Shown here: piece after piece, positions 39,547 to 49,655 of the stretch
Numbering within the stretch: position 1 is the stretch's first letter
How the letters are laid out: each line of letters starts with the position of its first letter
Source: Chloroflexota bacterium
GTDB lineage: Bacteria; Chloroflexota; UBA11872; VXOZ01
DNA length: 64,000 bases
Direction of reading: 5' to 3'
Assembly: GCA_964291655.2 (NCBI GenBank)
Contig: OZ219802.1
Span: 1,312,001-1,376,000, forward strand
Translations under genes and position numbers: made by a program
The notes under the pieces: generated by a model
Database searches by the model: none
What the model was told of the DNA's origin: nothing
Seen by the model: the letters and a program-made list of their open reading frames with translations, nothing else

Positions 39547-39787
39547 TGTAAGTGTCAGGTAATTCGTTGACAGACTTGAGAACAAAAGCAGCTGAACGCA
39601 GTACTCTACATGAACAGTACACATGTCATTCCGAACGGAGCGCAGCGAAGAGAGGAATCTAAGATGTTGAGCCTATTGGGCGACACGTTGCATGGCCCTA
39701 GATTCCTCGCTCCGCTCGGAATGACATGATCTGTCAACACTGCCAATTTGGGAGAGAATTCTGTCAACGAATTACTCAACACTTACA
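39547..39787 (+). mobile_element. MITE-like element, copy 2 (241 bp)
   Basis: Same IRs; ATTCC duplicated at 39542..39546 and 39788..39792. Confidence 0.88.
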
Positions 39788-40027
39788 ATTCCGAGCGAAG
39801 CGAGGAATCTAGAGTGTGTGCAGTTCATTCTCCACCATGTGGGAAGAAGATCCGGTGAGGGTGAGCGTGCAGGTTTTCGTGGCTGCGTGCTACTTTGCGT
39901 GGCACCGAACAATGGCAACGGATGAAGATGAATTCCCGTTTTCACGGGAATGACGGACTATTCGCTGTTACACTCAGAAGTCAGTGGCAAGCTAACACAT
40001 CCTTTATCTGACAATAGGAGAGTTGCC

Positions 40028-41173
40028 ATGCGCATAACCGCAGTAGATACCTTTATCATGTGGGGGAATCCCCGCAATTGGGTCTTTGTGAAGATCTCCA
40101 CCGACGAGCCGGAGCTGTACGGCTGGGGCGAGGCCACGCTGGAAGGCAAAGACGCCACGGTGCAGACCGCCATCGGACAGCTCGGCGAGACACTCATCGG
40201 CAAGGACCCGCTGGAGACCGAACGCCTCTGGCAGTCGCTCTACAAGGACGGCTTTTGGAAAGGCGGGGTGGTAATCAACACGGCCATTTCAGGTATAGAC
40301 CAAGCCCTATGGGACATTAAAGGCAAGCACTACGGCGCGCCGGTCTATCAATTGCTCGGCGGGCCCGCCCGCGACCGCATTCGCCTCTACACCCACGTCG
40401 GCATTTACGAGGCCCACCGTATAGCGACGGAGGCGCAGCAACACGTGGCGGCCGGCTTCACCGCTCTTAAGACCGGCGCGTGGGCAACCGATGAGCACAT
40501 GGGCGACTTTCAGCACGCGGCACTCTTGGGTGAACGCATTGCCATCCTGCGTCAAGCCGTCGGTCAAGACGTGGACCTCATGATAGACAACCACGGCAAG
40601 AGCCGCCCGGCGCAAGCCATCCGCCAACTGCACGCCGTCAAGGACAGCCAGATTACCTTCTTCGAAGAACCGGTGCCGCCGGACAACATCGAGGCGTTTC
40701 GGCCCGTGCGCGAGACCGCCCGCGAGCTGGGCATAGACCTGGCCACTGGCGAGCGCTACTTCACCAAGTGGCAGTACGCGCCCCTGCTGGCCGGCCAATA
40801 CGTGGACGTGATCCAGCCCGACCTCTGCCACGCGGGCGGCATCACCGAGGTCAAGAAAATCGCCGCGCTGGCCGAGGTGCACCACGTGCTCGTCGCGCCG
40901 CACAATCCCCAAGGGCCGCTCTCCACCGCCGCCGCGGCGCACATCGGCATGAGCGTCCCCAACTACCTCATGCTGGAATACGTCCCCAGCCAACCCTATC
41001 GCGACAAGGTGGTCAAGGAACCGTGGCAAATCGAGGATGGCTACCTGCACGTGCCGGACACCCCCGGCCTCGGCGTCGACCTGGACGAGGACGTCATCGC
41101 CGCCAACCCACCCCGCAGCTTTGCCTACTTCAAGAACCTCCGCGACGACACCGGCGCGGTGATGGATATTTAG
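40028..41173 (+). CDS. Galactonate dehydratase-like, mandelate racemase/enolase superfamily
   Basis: GWGEATLEG, AISGIDQALWDIKGK, DNHG, FFEEP, ATGER, QPDLCHAGGI, PHNPQGP. Confidence 0.88.
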   Translation: MRITAVDTFIMWGNPRNWVFVKISTDEPELYGWGEATLEGKDATVQTAIGQLGETLIGKDPLETERLWQSLYKDGFWKGGVVINTAISGIDQALWDIKGKHYGAPVYQLLGGPARDRIRLYTHVGIYEAHRIATEAQQHVAAGFTALKTGAWATDEHMGDFQHAALLGERIAILRQAVGQDVDLMIDNHGKSRPAQAIRQLHAVKDSQITFFEEPVPPDNIEAFRPVRETARELGIDLATGERYFTKWQYAPLLAGQYVDVIQPDLCHAGGITEVKKIAALAEVHHVLVAPHNPQGPLSTAAAAHIGMSVPNYLMLEYVPSQPYRDKVVKEPWQIEDGYLHVPDTPGLGVDLDEDVIAANPPRSFAYFKNLRDDTGAVMDI

Positions 41174-41370
41174 ATCGGAAGTCCAATAGCCAAGACCATA
41201 GGACGGACATAACCTAGCGCCTGAGTGCCATCACTTGTGGCATTAGGAGTGATGCCTGAGCAAGTTCTCGTTGTAAACTTGCCAAGGACTATTCACTGAG
41301 TGCTGGCATCAGTCACTTTGGATAATCCTGTTGGACTAGGATGCATTGTGGGACGAGGAGAACGACTGAG

Positions 41371-42492
41371 ATGAGCAGAATTACCGTCTCTTTCCTACTT
41401 TGCTTGACCCTCGTCCTCGTTGCTGCCGCGATGGTTGGTTGTTCCCTTCCACCGGAGATGGTCGAGGCTCCTCTGCCAGCGCCCACGGCGAACCCACAGC
41501 CCGAGCGGCCGCTGGTCGCTGACAAACCGGGAGACTTGCTTTGGCGCTACCGGACCGGCGCCGGGGTGTGGTCCTCCCCGGCGGTGGAGAATGGCGTGGT
41601 CTCCGTCGGGTCTGATGACTACCATGTGTACACGCTGGATGCTGCCACTGGCGAACTTCTCTGGCGTTACCGGACCGCAAGCGCTGTGAACTCTCCCCTC
41701 ACAATGAGCGCCGGCACGGTCTATGTCGGCTCAGACGACCACTTCGTCTATGCGTATGATGCCGAGGATGGTGACCTCATTTGGCAATTCCAGACGGGAA
41801 GCTGGTTGAATTCTTCGCCAACTGTAGCGGGTGGCGTGGCGTACGTTGGTTCCAATGATGCCAGTGTTTATGCCCTGGATACCGAGAACGGCGACCTTCT
41901 CTGGAGCTATCAGACGGGTGATGAGGTAAGTTCATCTCCGGCAGTGGGCAACGGCGTGGTATACGTAACCACATTAGACCATCACGTGTACGCTTTGGAT
42001 GTCGAGAACGGCGCGCTGCTCTGGCGCTACCAAACCAGCGCAGCATTAGACTCTTCGCCAACCCTGGCCAGTGGCGTTGTGTATGCCGGTTCGCTCGATA
42101 GGCACGTCTACGCGCTTGATGCCGTCAGCGGCGAACTCATCTGGCGCTACGAGACCGGTGCAGAAATCTGGTCCTCACCGGCAGTGAGCAACGGCGTAGT
42201 CTACATTGGCTCCCGGGATAACGATGTCCACGCCATAGATGCCGACAGTGGCGAACTCGTCTGGCGTTACCGGACTGGCGGACAGGTCAACTCTTCACCT
42301 GCAGTGGCAAACGGCGTGGTGTACGTTGGCTCCTACGATGAATATGTCTACGCCCTTGACGCCGCCACGGGCGAACTCCACTGGCGTTACCGGACGGACG
42401 GCGAAATCTGGTCATCACCGGCAGTTGCCAATGGCGTGGTGTACATCGGCTCGAAAGACGGTTACGTCTACGCGCTGAAGGCCAGTCGATAG
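41371..42492 (+). CDS. PQQ-like beta-propeller repeat lipoprotein
   Basis: Signal peptide with lipobox MVGC; about eight 40-aa repeats G.L.W.Y.T....SSP.V..G.VY.GS.D..VYALD. Confidence 0.88.
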   Translation: MSRITVSFLLCLTLVLVAAAMVGCSLPPEMVEAPLPAPTANPQPERPLVADKPGDLLWRYRTGAGVWSSPAVENGVVSVGSDDYHVYTLDAATGELLWRYRTASAVNSPLTMSAGTVYVGSDDHFVYAYDAEDGDLIWQFQTGSWLNSSPTVAGGVAYVGSNDASVYALDTENGDLLWSYQTGDEVSSSPAVGNGVVYVTTLDHHVYALDVENGALLWRYQTSAALDSSPTLASGVVYAGSLDRHVYALDAVSGELIWRYETGAEIWSSPAVSNGVVYIGSRDNDVHAIDADSGELVWRYRTGGQVNSSPAVANGVVYVGSYDEYVYALDAATGELHWRYRTDGEIWSSPAVANGVVYIGSKDGYVYALKASR

Positions 42493-42890
42493 GATCCCTT
42501 GAATAGAGGAGGGCCCTATCGGGTTTTAGGCAATTACCTACGGAGACCTTTGCACAACCCTTCACCTTTGAGGTGAAGGGTTGGGATGGGGGTGAAATTG
42601 CTTGACATCATGCTATCTTTAGATGTAATAGCGCTCTGGATTCCGGCTTTCGCCGGAATGACGGAGTTACGCAAAGGTCTCCTACGGGAAGAAGACCTGC
42701 ACTGGTTCGCAAGCTATGTGGATCATATTTCATGGCTTGACCAGGTTGAATCCGACGATAGGGTTTACACCAACCAATCGGAAATCCTCGTGCTCAGGCC
42801 TGGATTCAAGTACCTGTGCTCACGAATATTCTCCCCGGCATACCTCAGACACATTTCAAGCCAAGAGTTAGCCTTTGTGCCCAAGCGTCC

Positions 42891-43913
42891 CTACGCCTTG
42901 TAGCAAGCTACTTCTTGCGCTTGGCCTTTGTGTTCCAGGGGCGGGTGGTCGTGGGACTCACAGAAGTCGTCGGCTATGGGGCAGCGCGGGTAGAAGCGGC
43001 ATTGGGCGGGGGGATTCACCAGCGTGGCGATGCCGCCCTTGATCTTGACCGGAGGGCGCGCGACCGTCGGATCGGGCACCGGCACCGCTGAAAGGAGCGC
43101 CTGGGTGTACGGGTGCTGCGGGTGCATTAGGATCTCCTCCGTGTCGCCGATTTCGACGATCTTGCCGAGATACATCAACGCAATACGGCTGCACATGTAG
43201 CGGGCCACCGCCAGATCATGCGTGATGTAGAGGTAGCCGATCCCCAATCCGGCTGCCAAGTCTGCCATGAGACGCATCACGCCGGTTCTCACCGAAACGT
43301 CCAGCATTGAGGTCGGCTCGTCGGCCACGACGAATGACGGTTCGACAATCAGCGCCCTGGCGATTGCGACGCGCTGGCGCTGGCCGCCGGACAATTCGTG
43401 TGGGAATCGGAAGAGGTAGGAGCGTGGTGGCGTCAGGCCGACGAGGGCGAGCATTTCGACTACACGGTCGATGCGGTCCACCAGCGTGCCGATGTCTTGC
43501 ACCTGCAAGGGCTCGGCGATGGTATCGAAGATCGTACGCCGGGGGTTCATGGACTCGTAGGGGTCCTGAAAGATCATCTGCGCGTGTTTCCTGAAATCCT
43601 TCAGCGGCTTGCCGCGCAGCGTCGCGATGTCCGTCGGTTCCCCCGTGCCGTCGTCGAAGATTACGTGCCCGTCGGTGGGGTCGATCAGGCGCACCAGCAT
43701 CTTGCCGGTGGTCGTCTTGCCGCACCCGGATTCACCGACCAGCCCCAGGCTTTCGCCTCTCCCTAGCGTGAAGTTGACGTCGTCTACCGCGTGAATGAAG
43801 CGCTCGTTGCGCCGGAAGCGTGAGGTTGCGGCCGGGAAATGCTTGCGCAGGCCTTCGACCTGAAGCAAGGGGCGATCCTCATTGGAGGAAGTCGGTTGTG
43901 CGGCTGCGGCCAT
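42891..43913 (-). CDS. Peptide ABC transporter ATPase (OppF/DppF-like)
   Basis: [25 protein letters not shown]. Confidence 0.9.
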   Translation of the reverse strand: MAAAAQPTSSNEDRPLLQVEGLRKHFPAATSRFRRNERFIHAVDDVNFTLGRGESLGLVGESGCGKTTTGKMLVRLIDPTDGHVIFDDGTGEPTDIATLRGKPLKDFRKHAQMIFQDPYESMNPRRTIFDTIAEPLQVQDIGTLVDRIDRVVEMLALVGLTPPRSYLFRFPHELSGGQRQRVAIARALIVEPSFVVADEPTSMLDVSVRTGVMRLMADLAAGLGIGYLYITHDLAVARYMCSRIALMYLGKIVEIGDTEEILMHPQHPYTQALLSAVPVPDPTVARPPVKIKGGIATLVNPPAQCRFYPRCPIADDFCESHDHPPLEHKGQAQEVACYKA

Positions 43914-43917
43914 TGCC

Positions 43918-44883
43918 CTAGTCCTCCGGTGGATTCCAGCAGTCGGCCCATTGGTCGCCGCGACGAACTCTGGGCGGCTCCTGCTCGGCGCACACGTCAG
44001 TCGCGAACGGGCAGCGGGGATGGAAGTGGCAGCCGGTTGGCAAGTCCAGAGGATTCGGCGGCTCACCGCCCAGCGTGGCGAGATCGTGTTTCTCACCGGT
44101 CACGCTTGGGAACGCCGACATCAACGCGCGCGTGTAGGGATGTATGGGTCTGGTAAAGACCTCCTCCGCCGTGCCGTACTCGACAATCTTGCCCGCATAC
44201 ATTACGGCAACGACGTCGCTCACCTCGGCAATCACGGCCATATCATGGGAAATGTAGAGCATGCTCATGTTGAGCTCTTTGCGGATGTTGCCAAACTCGC
44301 GCAGAATGTGGTCCTGCACGATGACGTCCAACGCGGTGGTCGGCTCGTCGGCAATGATGAGGTCCGGTTCGCACGCCAGCGCCATGGCGATGATGGCGCG
44401 CTGTTTCATGCCGCCGCTGTATTCGTGCGGGTAGCGCTGAATGAAGCTGTGATTGAGGTTCACGAGATCGTATAGTTCGCCCACACGCTCGACCATCTCC
44501 TGCCGAGCGGAAGAGGTGTGCTGCTCCAGCGCCTCGATGATCTGATCGCCGACCCGGTACACCGGGTCCAGGGCATTCATAGCGGACTGAAAGACCATGG
44601 CTATACGGTTCCACCGATACTTCCGCATCTCTTCATCGGAGAGCGACACCAGATCCACGCCGTCCAGCAGGACCTTGCCACGTAATATCTGGGCATTGTC
44701 CGGCTGGAGTCTTAAGAGTGCCAGGGCGAGAGACGACTTACCGCAGCCGGATTCACCCACCAGTCCCAGCGACTGCCCTCTCTCCAACGAGAGCGAAACA
44801 CCGTCAACCGCGCACACCTCGCCTGCACGGGTTTGGTAGTGCATCGTGAGGTCTTCAACGGCCAGCAGAGGGGAACCGCTCAT
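43918..44883 (-). CDS. Peptide ABC transporter ATPase (OppD/DppD-like)
   Basis: GESGCGKS, YSGGMKQR, DEPTTALD. Confidence 0.9.
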   Translation of the reverse strand: MSGSPLLAVEDLTMHYQTRAGEVCAVDGVSLSLERGQSLGLVGESGCGKSSLALALLRLQPDNAQILRGKVLLDGVDLVSLSDEEMRKYRWNRIAMVFQSAMNALDPVYRVGDQIIEALEQHTSSARQEMVERVGELYDLVNLNHSFIQRYPHEYSGGMKQRAIIAMALACEPDLIIADEPTTALDVIVQDHILREFGNIRKELNMSMLYISHDMAVIAEVSDVVAVMYAGKIVEYGTAEEVFTRPIHPYTRALMSAFPSVTGEKHDLATLGGEPPNPLDLPTGCHFHPRCPFATDVCAEQEPPRVRRGDQWADCWNPPED

Positions 44884-45830
44884 AGGCGCCGCAACCTCGG
44901 GTTGACGATTTCATCCATCGCCCGTCCTACCAAGTAGAACGACGTGCAAAGCAGCGTGATGGAGAGACTGGCAGGAAATATGAGCCACCAGTATTGGCCG
45001 ACTTGCAGCAAGTACCCGGCCGCCTCGGTGGTGTGGATCATGAGACCCCAACTCATACGCACGTCCAGGAGGCCCAAGAAGCTCAGAACCGCTTCCGAAA
45101 AGATGGCGCCGGTGACCGTAAACATCATGTAGAGGAATGACAACGGCAGGAGATTGGGAACGATGTGAATGAAAATAATATGCAACGGGCCGCCGCCGGC
45201 GGCGCGCGCAGCTTCAAGATACGGCTTGACAACCACGGATAGGGCCTGGGACTTCAAGAGGATGCTGGCGCCGCCGAATCCGGAAAGAATGCCGATGATG
45301 AGCGCCAACTCAAAGTGCTCTACGCCGATTAATGCGCTTAAGACGATAAGGATACTGATCCCCGGCATCATGACCATGAGGTCGGCAAAACGCATTAATA
45401 TCGTGTCAACGAAACCGCCGTAGTACGCCGCAATTGCACCGACGGTCGTCCCAATGGTGACCGTAACGACAGCGGCAAGCAACCCGAGCAAGAACTCAGT
45501 CCGCGCGCTGTGCATGAGCTGACTCAGGACATCGCGCCCCAAAGGATCTGTGCCGAGCAGATGGCTGCGGCTGGGCGGCGCGGGTTGGCGGGTCTCATCA
45601 AACGCGTAACCGACAACGGGATCGTAGACGCGCTCCTCCCAGACGGTGTTCATGAGAATCGGATGGGCCAGGGCGAGACCGAGATAAAAGAGGATGATTA
45701 CGAGGCCGATTACGCCAATGCGCGTGCCGAGAAAGAGCGACCAGTTTTCGCGCAGGCTCCGCATGGCCAAATTGAACCGCACCTTCCGGAGCGAAGGCGC
45801 AGCGCTTTGGGGGGCAACATCTACAGCCAC
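44880..45830 (-). CDS. Peptide ABC transporter permease (OppC-like)
   Basis: HLLGTDPLGRD, EAARAAG, HIVPN, EAVLSFLG; GTG start overlapping the upstream TAG. Confidence 0.88.
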   Translation of the reverse strand: MAVDVAPQSAAPSLRKVRFNLAMRSLRENWSLFLGTRIGVIGLVIILFYLGLALAHPILMNTVWEERVYDPVVGYAFDETRQPAPPSRSHLLGTDPLGRDVLSQLMHSARTEFLLGLLAAVVTVTIGTTVGAIAAYYGGFVDTILMRFADLMVMMPGISILIVLSALIGVEHFELALIIGILSGFGGASILLKSQALSVVVKPYLEAARAAGGGPLHIIFIHIVPNLLPLSFLYMMFTVTGAIFSEAVLSFLGLLDVRMSWGLMIHTTEAAGYLLQVGQYWWLIFPASLSITLLCTSFYLVGRAMDEIVNPRLRRL

Positions 45831-46978
45831 TAGTACCTGATCCTTGGGTCCAAGAAGACGTATATCACGTCCACCGCCAAGTGGGCGAGCAAGACGAATA
45901 TGCCTACGAAGACGAACGCGCCCACCGCCAGGGGCAGGTCTTCCGCTACGGCCGCCGACACCAGCGTCTGCCCCATGCCGGGCCACGAGAAGACCGACTC
46001 GATGATGACGCCGCCGTCCACGGCAAACGCCAGGCTGAAAACGAGGCTGGTCACCACCGGCAGCAAAGCGTTGCGCGCCACGTGCTTATCGCGCACGGCT
46101 TTTTCCGGCAGACCCTTGGCGCGGGCCGCCAGCACAAAGTCCTCCCGCATGGTCTCCAGCATGCTATTGCGGGTGAGCAACATAGTACCCGCGAAGCTAA
46201 TCAACGTAAGCGTGAACACCGGTAGGATCATGTGCCTGACAATGTCCCAGGCAAGATGGCCGTGCCCTGTCAGCCGCCAGGCTCCGATCATTATTCCCAC
46301 GCTCACGATGATGCTGCCAAGTTGGATGAGCCGCGCTCCCGAGATTCGGAGCCGCGTTGTAACTAAAAAGACTGCGAAGACGACGATGGAAAGCGCCAGC
46401 GCCGTAAACATCATGCGGCCAAATAAGGTGTTCGCTTCGATCGGCGCGTCCCGCCACAGCACGGGGTCGAGGAACTTGCCGATTGGGAACCATCCTGCTT
46501 TGAAGGCGAAGAGCCAGATCATCATGAGCGCGAACCAGGGCGTGAAAACGGTGTAGAGCGTCACGCCGCCAATGGTGGTGGCATATTCGGTCCAGCCGCC
46601 GCGCTTCCAGGCAATGATCTTGCCCAGGAAGAAACCCAAATAGAATGAAAAGACCGTGGCGGTAAAGAAGAGCGCAACCGTGCGCGGCAGGCGCTCGAAA
46701 ATGACATCGGCGACGCTGCGGGGATAGTGGGTGAAGGAAACGCCGAAGCTACCGGTGAAGACATTCTTGACATAGACGAGGAATTGCTGCCAAAGAGGCT
46801 GGTTGAGGCCGAACTGGTTTTGCAGTCTCTCCCGAGCATCCGGCGGCAGCTCCGGATTCATCGCGTAGACGTTGCTGATATCGCCCGGCTGCGCATTAAC
46901 GATGAAGAAGACAATGCAAATAAAGGCTAATAGCGTCAGCAGTATCTGAATCGTCCTGCTGATCAGATAGGAAGCCAT
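45830..46978 (-). CDS. Peptide ABC transporter permease (OppB-like)
   Basis: ARAKGL, HVARNALLP, ESVFSWPGMG, LDPRIRY. Confidence 0.9.
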   Translation of the reverse strand: MASYLISRTIQILLTLLAFICIVFFIVNAQPGDISNVYAMNPELPPDARERLQNQFGLNQPLWQQFLVYVKNVFTGSFGVSFTHYPRSVADVIFERLPRTVALFFTATVFSFYLGFFLGKIIAWKRGGWTEYATTIGGVTLYTVFTPWFALMMIWLFAFKAGWFPIGKFLDPVLWRDAPIEANTLFGRMMFTALALSIVVFAVFLVTTRLRISGARLIQLGSIIVSVGIMIGAWRLTGHGHLAWDIVRHMILPVFTLTLISFAGTMLLTRNSMLETMREDFVLAARAKGLPEKAVRDKHVARNALLPVVTSLVFSLAFAVDGGVIIESVFSWPGMGQTLVSAAVAEDLPLAVGAFVFVGIFVLLAHLAVDVIYVFLDPRIRY

Positions 46979-47271
46979 CCGCAGGCACCACCCCTTTGTG
47001 ATTGACTATTGCGCTCCATTATTCACGTACACAGCACTGCCGTCAAACAATGTCACGACTCCTAGAGATGCGGCAAGAGATTTATGTTCGTGGCAGCAAT
47101 TGGATCGTACATCCCTTTCAATGCCGGGCGATGTTTGTGGCATCGGCAGAGTGAATGGTACCGAAACTGGAGTCTGCCAGTGAGCGAATGCTGCTACGTC
47201 GAGCAGCTACTTGCAAGAGCGCCGGACAAGAATGAACCTGAGCTAACTCTACGCCTAGCGCAGAAAGAGTG

Positions 47272-47313
47272 AAAAAAGGCGGCGCCAGACGCGTATGCGC
47301 CTGACGCCGCCCT
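47272..47313 (-). terminator. Rho-independent terminator-like hairpin after the SBP gene
   Basis: AAAAAA-GGCGGCG...CGCCGCC stem; U-tract on the minus strand. Confidence 0.6.
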
Positions 47314-47349
47314 TGATTTGGCACTATTGCGCCTCGGACAGCGCGTTAT

Positions 47350-49332
47350 CTACTTGACTTGCACTGCCGTCTGCATGCCTCCCAAGCCTTCCAGTCCGCC
47401 GAGCACCTCTGTGTAAGGGAACTCTATGCCGGAAGGTCGGTAGGAGTCCAGCTTGGGAATGGTGAAGAGCGTTACGTACGGCAGGTCTTCCGCTATGAAT
47501 TCCTGCAGTTGGAACACTTTTTCACGCGCTCCCTCAATTGTTGTCTCGGAAAGTAGGCTGAACGAGATTGCGTCGTAGTCCTCGTTGGCGTAGCCGCCCC
47601 AGTTGTAACCGCCCTCGTTTTCAGGCGCGTGGCGGCCGTTGAAGAAGGTCTCCAGGTAGTCCGGGAAGAGGCTTAGGCTCCAGCCCAGGATCCACATGTC
47701 CAGATCTTCGTCCACGGTCTCGCTGAACAGCACACCCACGATGACGTTGAAACCGGTCAGGTTTGCCCGCACCGGAATGCCGACGTCAGTCAGCCAGCGC
47801 TCGATCCAGATGGCGAAAGTGGCGCGCAAAGGATCATACCCCGCGCTGGGAGCGATGAGTTCCAGCGCCGGCACATCCGAACCATCGGGCATTTTCAGGC
47901 CTTTGCCTGCCCTGGCCACAAAGTTGCCATCTTCGCTGATCTCCGGTTCTTCCTCAAAGGTGAAACCGGCGCTCTTGAGCAACTCCACGGCCTGCTCCAG
48001 CCGCTCGCCTCTAGTCAAGCCCTGGCCGAGGCTGGGAGTATCCGGATTGAACCACGCCGCATTGCCGGGTGCCACCATGGAATATGCAGGAATGGCTGCG
48101 CCTTGCAATACGGTCTGCGTCACAAACTCTTTGTCGATGAGAATCGCCACTGCTTGCCGGAACTCACGCAAGCTCATGGGCTCTTTGCGGACGTTGAACC
48201 CAAGATAGAACATGCCATTGTCCAGGTTGGAGACGATTTCCAAGTCGCCCGCCGACTGAATGCGCTCGCGGAATCCTTTCTCCAGCCCCAAGGGGTTGAA
48301 GACGTAGTCAATGTCGCCATTGGCCAGGGCCAAAATGGCGGCATCCTGGTTGCCATAGATGCTGAAGAGGGTGGACTCCACGTGGGGTCCTACCGTGTAC
48401 TCCAGTTCCTTATCGCCACCAGGCTCACCGAAATACGTGGCGGTGTAGCCCAGCCGCTCGTTTACCTCTTGCAAAGTGCCGCTGGCGAATCGCGTAACCA
48501 CTGAGCCGGTGGCGTAGTAATTCTCAGCCCTACTATTCTCGAAGAATGCGCCCGGCTCCCACTTGCCGAAGGTAAAGCCGCCCAGCGTGGGATCATTGTC
48601 GGGCACGTGCGCCATGAGCGCTTCAATCTGCGCTTCCGCTTCGCCGGCTTTCTTGGCTTCTTCTACCACGGGAGCCCAATAGTGCTCCGGCAGAATCGGC
48701 ATGAAGGCCAACCCGAATTGCCACACGCTCAGACCAGGTGTCTGCGGGTTGCCCTCAGCATCGCTCGCCTTGAAGAAGATCTTGATGCGATGGCTGTCGA
48801 TGGCTTCGATGCGATCGAGGAAGGCGGGATCCACCACGGCGCTAAAGTTGCCGCCGATACCCATGTCAAGCACGGTTTGCGCCGTGAAGATGATGTCATC
48901 TGCGGTCAATTCCTCGCCGTCGCTCCACATGACTCCCGCTCGAATCGGTACCTCAGTGGTCCAGTAATCGGTACCGTCCACTGTCTCTTTCGTCAGATCC
49001 GTCGGAAAGTCGGCTGCCAAACTCGGAATCCACTCGAAATTCTGGTCCGAGTAGCCGTAAAGCGCTCCGGTCCACCCACTCAGGACGTACTGCGTCCATA
49101 CGGAGCCACCGGGACCGCCGTAATAGTTCCAGTAATTGCGCGAAATGGGCTCCTCGAAGATGCCCATGCGGTAGACCTGCGGTGCCATCTCCTCAGGCGC
49201 TTCCACGGCTTCTTCAGCCACCGCCGCTTCCGGCTCGGCAGCAGGAGGCTCCTGCGCGCACGACGCCAGCGCAACCGCCGCGAGAATAGCGACCAAGAAA
49301 ACGGCCGCCCTGATCCACAATGATCTAAACAC
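47350..49332 (-). CDS. ABC transporter substrate-binding lipoprotein (family 5)
   Basis: Lipobox LASC, WSDGEELTADD, FRQAVA..ID. Confidence 0.9.
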   Translation of the reverse strand: MFRSLWIRAAVFLVAILAAVALASCAQEPPAAEPEAAVAEEAVEAPEEMAPQVYRMGIFEEPISRNYWNYYGGPGGSVWTQYVLSGWTGALYGYSDQNFEWIPSLAADFPTDLTKETVDGTDYWTTEVPIRAGVMWSDGEELTADDIIFTAQTVLDMGIGGNFSAVVDPAFLDRIEAIDSHRIKIFFKASDAEGNPQTPGLSVWQFGLAFMPILPEHYWAPVVEEAKKAGEAEAQIEALMAHVPDNDPTLGGFTFGKWEPGAFFENSRAENYYATGSVVTRFASGTLQEVNERLGYTATYFGEPGGDKELEYTVGPHVESTLFSIYGNQDAAILALANGDIDYVFNPLGLEKGFRERIQSAGDLEIVSNLDNGMFYLGFNVRKEPMSLREFRQAVAILIDKEFVTQTVLQGAAIPAYSMVAPGNAAWFNPDTPSLGQGLTRGERLEQAVELLKSAGFTFEEEPEISEDGNFVARAGKGLKMPDGSDVPALELIAPSAGYDPLRATFAIWIERWLTDVGIPVRANLTGFNVIVGVLFSETVDEDLDMWILGWSLSLFPDYLETFFNGRHAPENEGGYNWGGYANEDYDAISFSLLSETTIEGAREKVFQLQEFIAEDLPYVTLFTIPKLDSYRPSGIEFPYTEVLGGLEGLGGMQTAVQVK

Positions 49333-49655
49333 CGTAACTCCTCCCTTACATAACTATCCCGCTACTCTAACAGCACTTCCCGCCGCCAATTCCTGCGCGG
49401 CAAACCCCCTTACGAGAAACTGCTGCAACACTTCCCAATATGAACTTAGTCTACACGCTCCCACACGCTCGTCAAGTGTGCATACTAGTCAAGGAGGTTA
49501 GGCCCCAGTGGCTGTCGCAGCGCGGTTTCACGTACGGATGGTGACGATGCGTCTGTGGCCTGCTAGCATGGTTTGCGAGCTAGGTAGCAGCTGTCCATTG
49601 TGTCCAAATGGGGCACCTACATTAAGAAGGTCACAATTAGACTTGAGCAACGATT

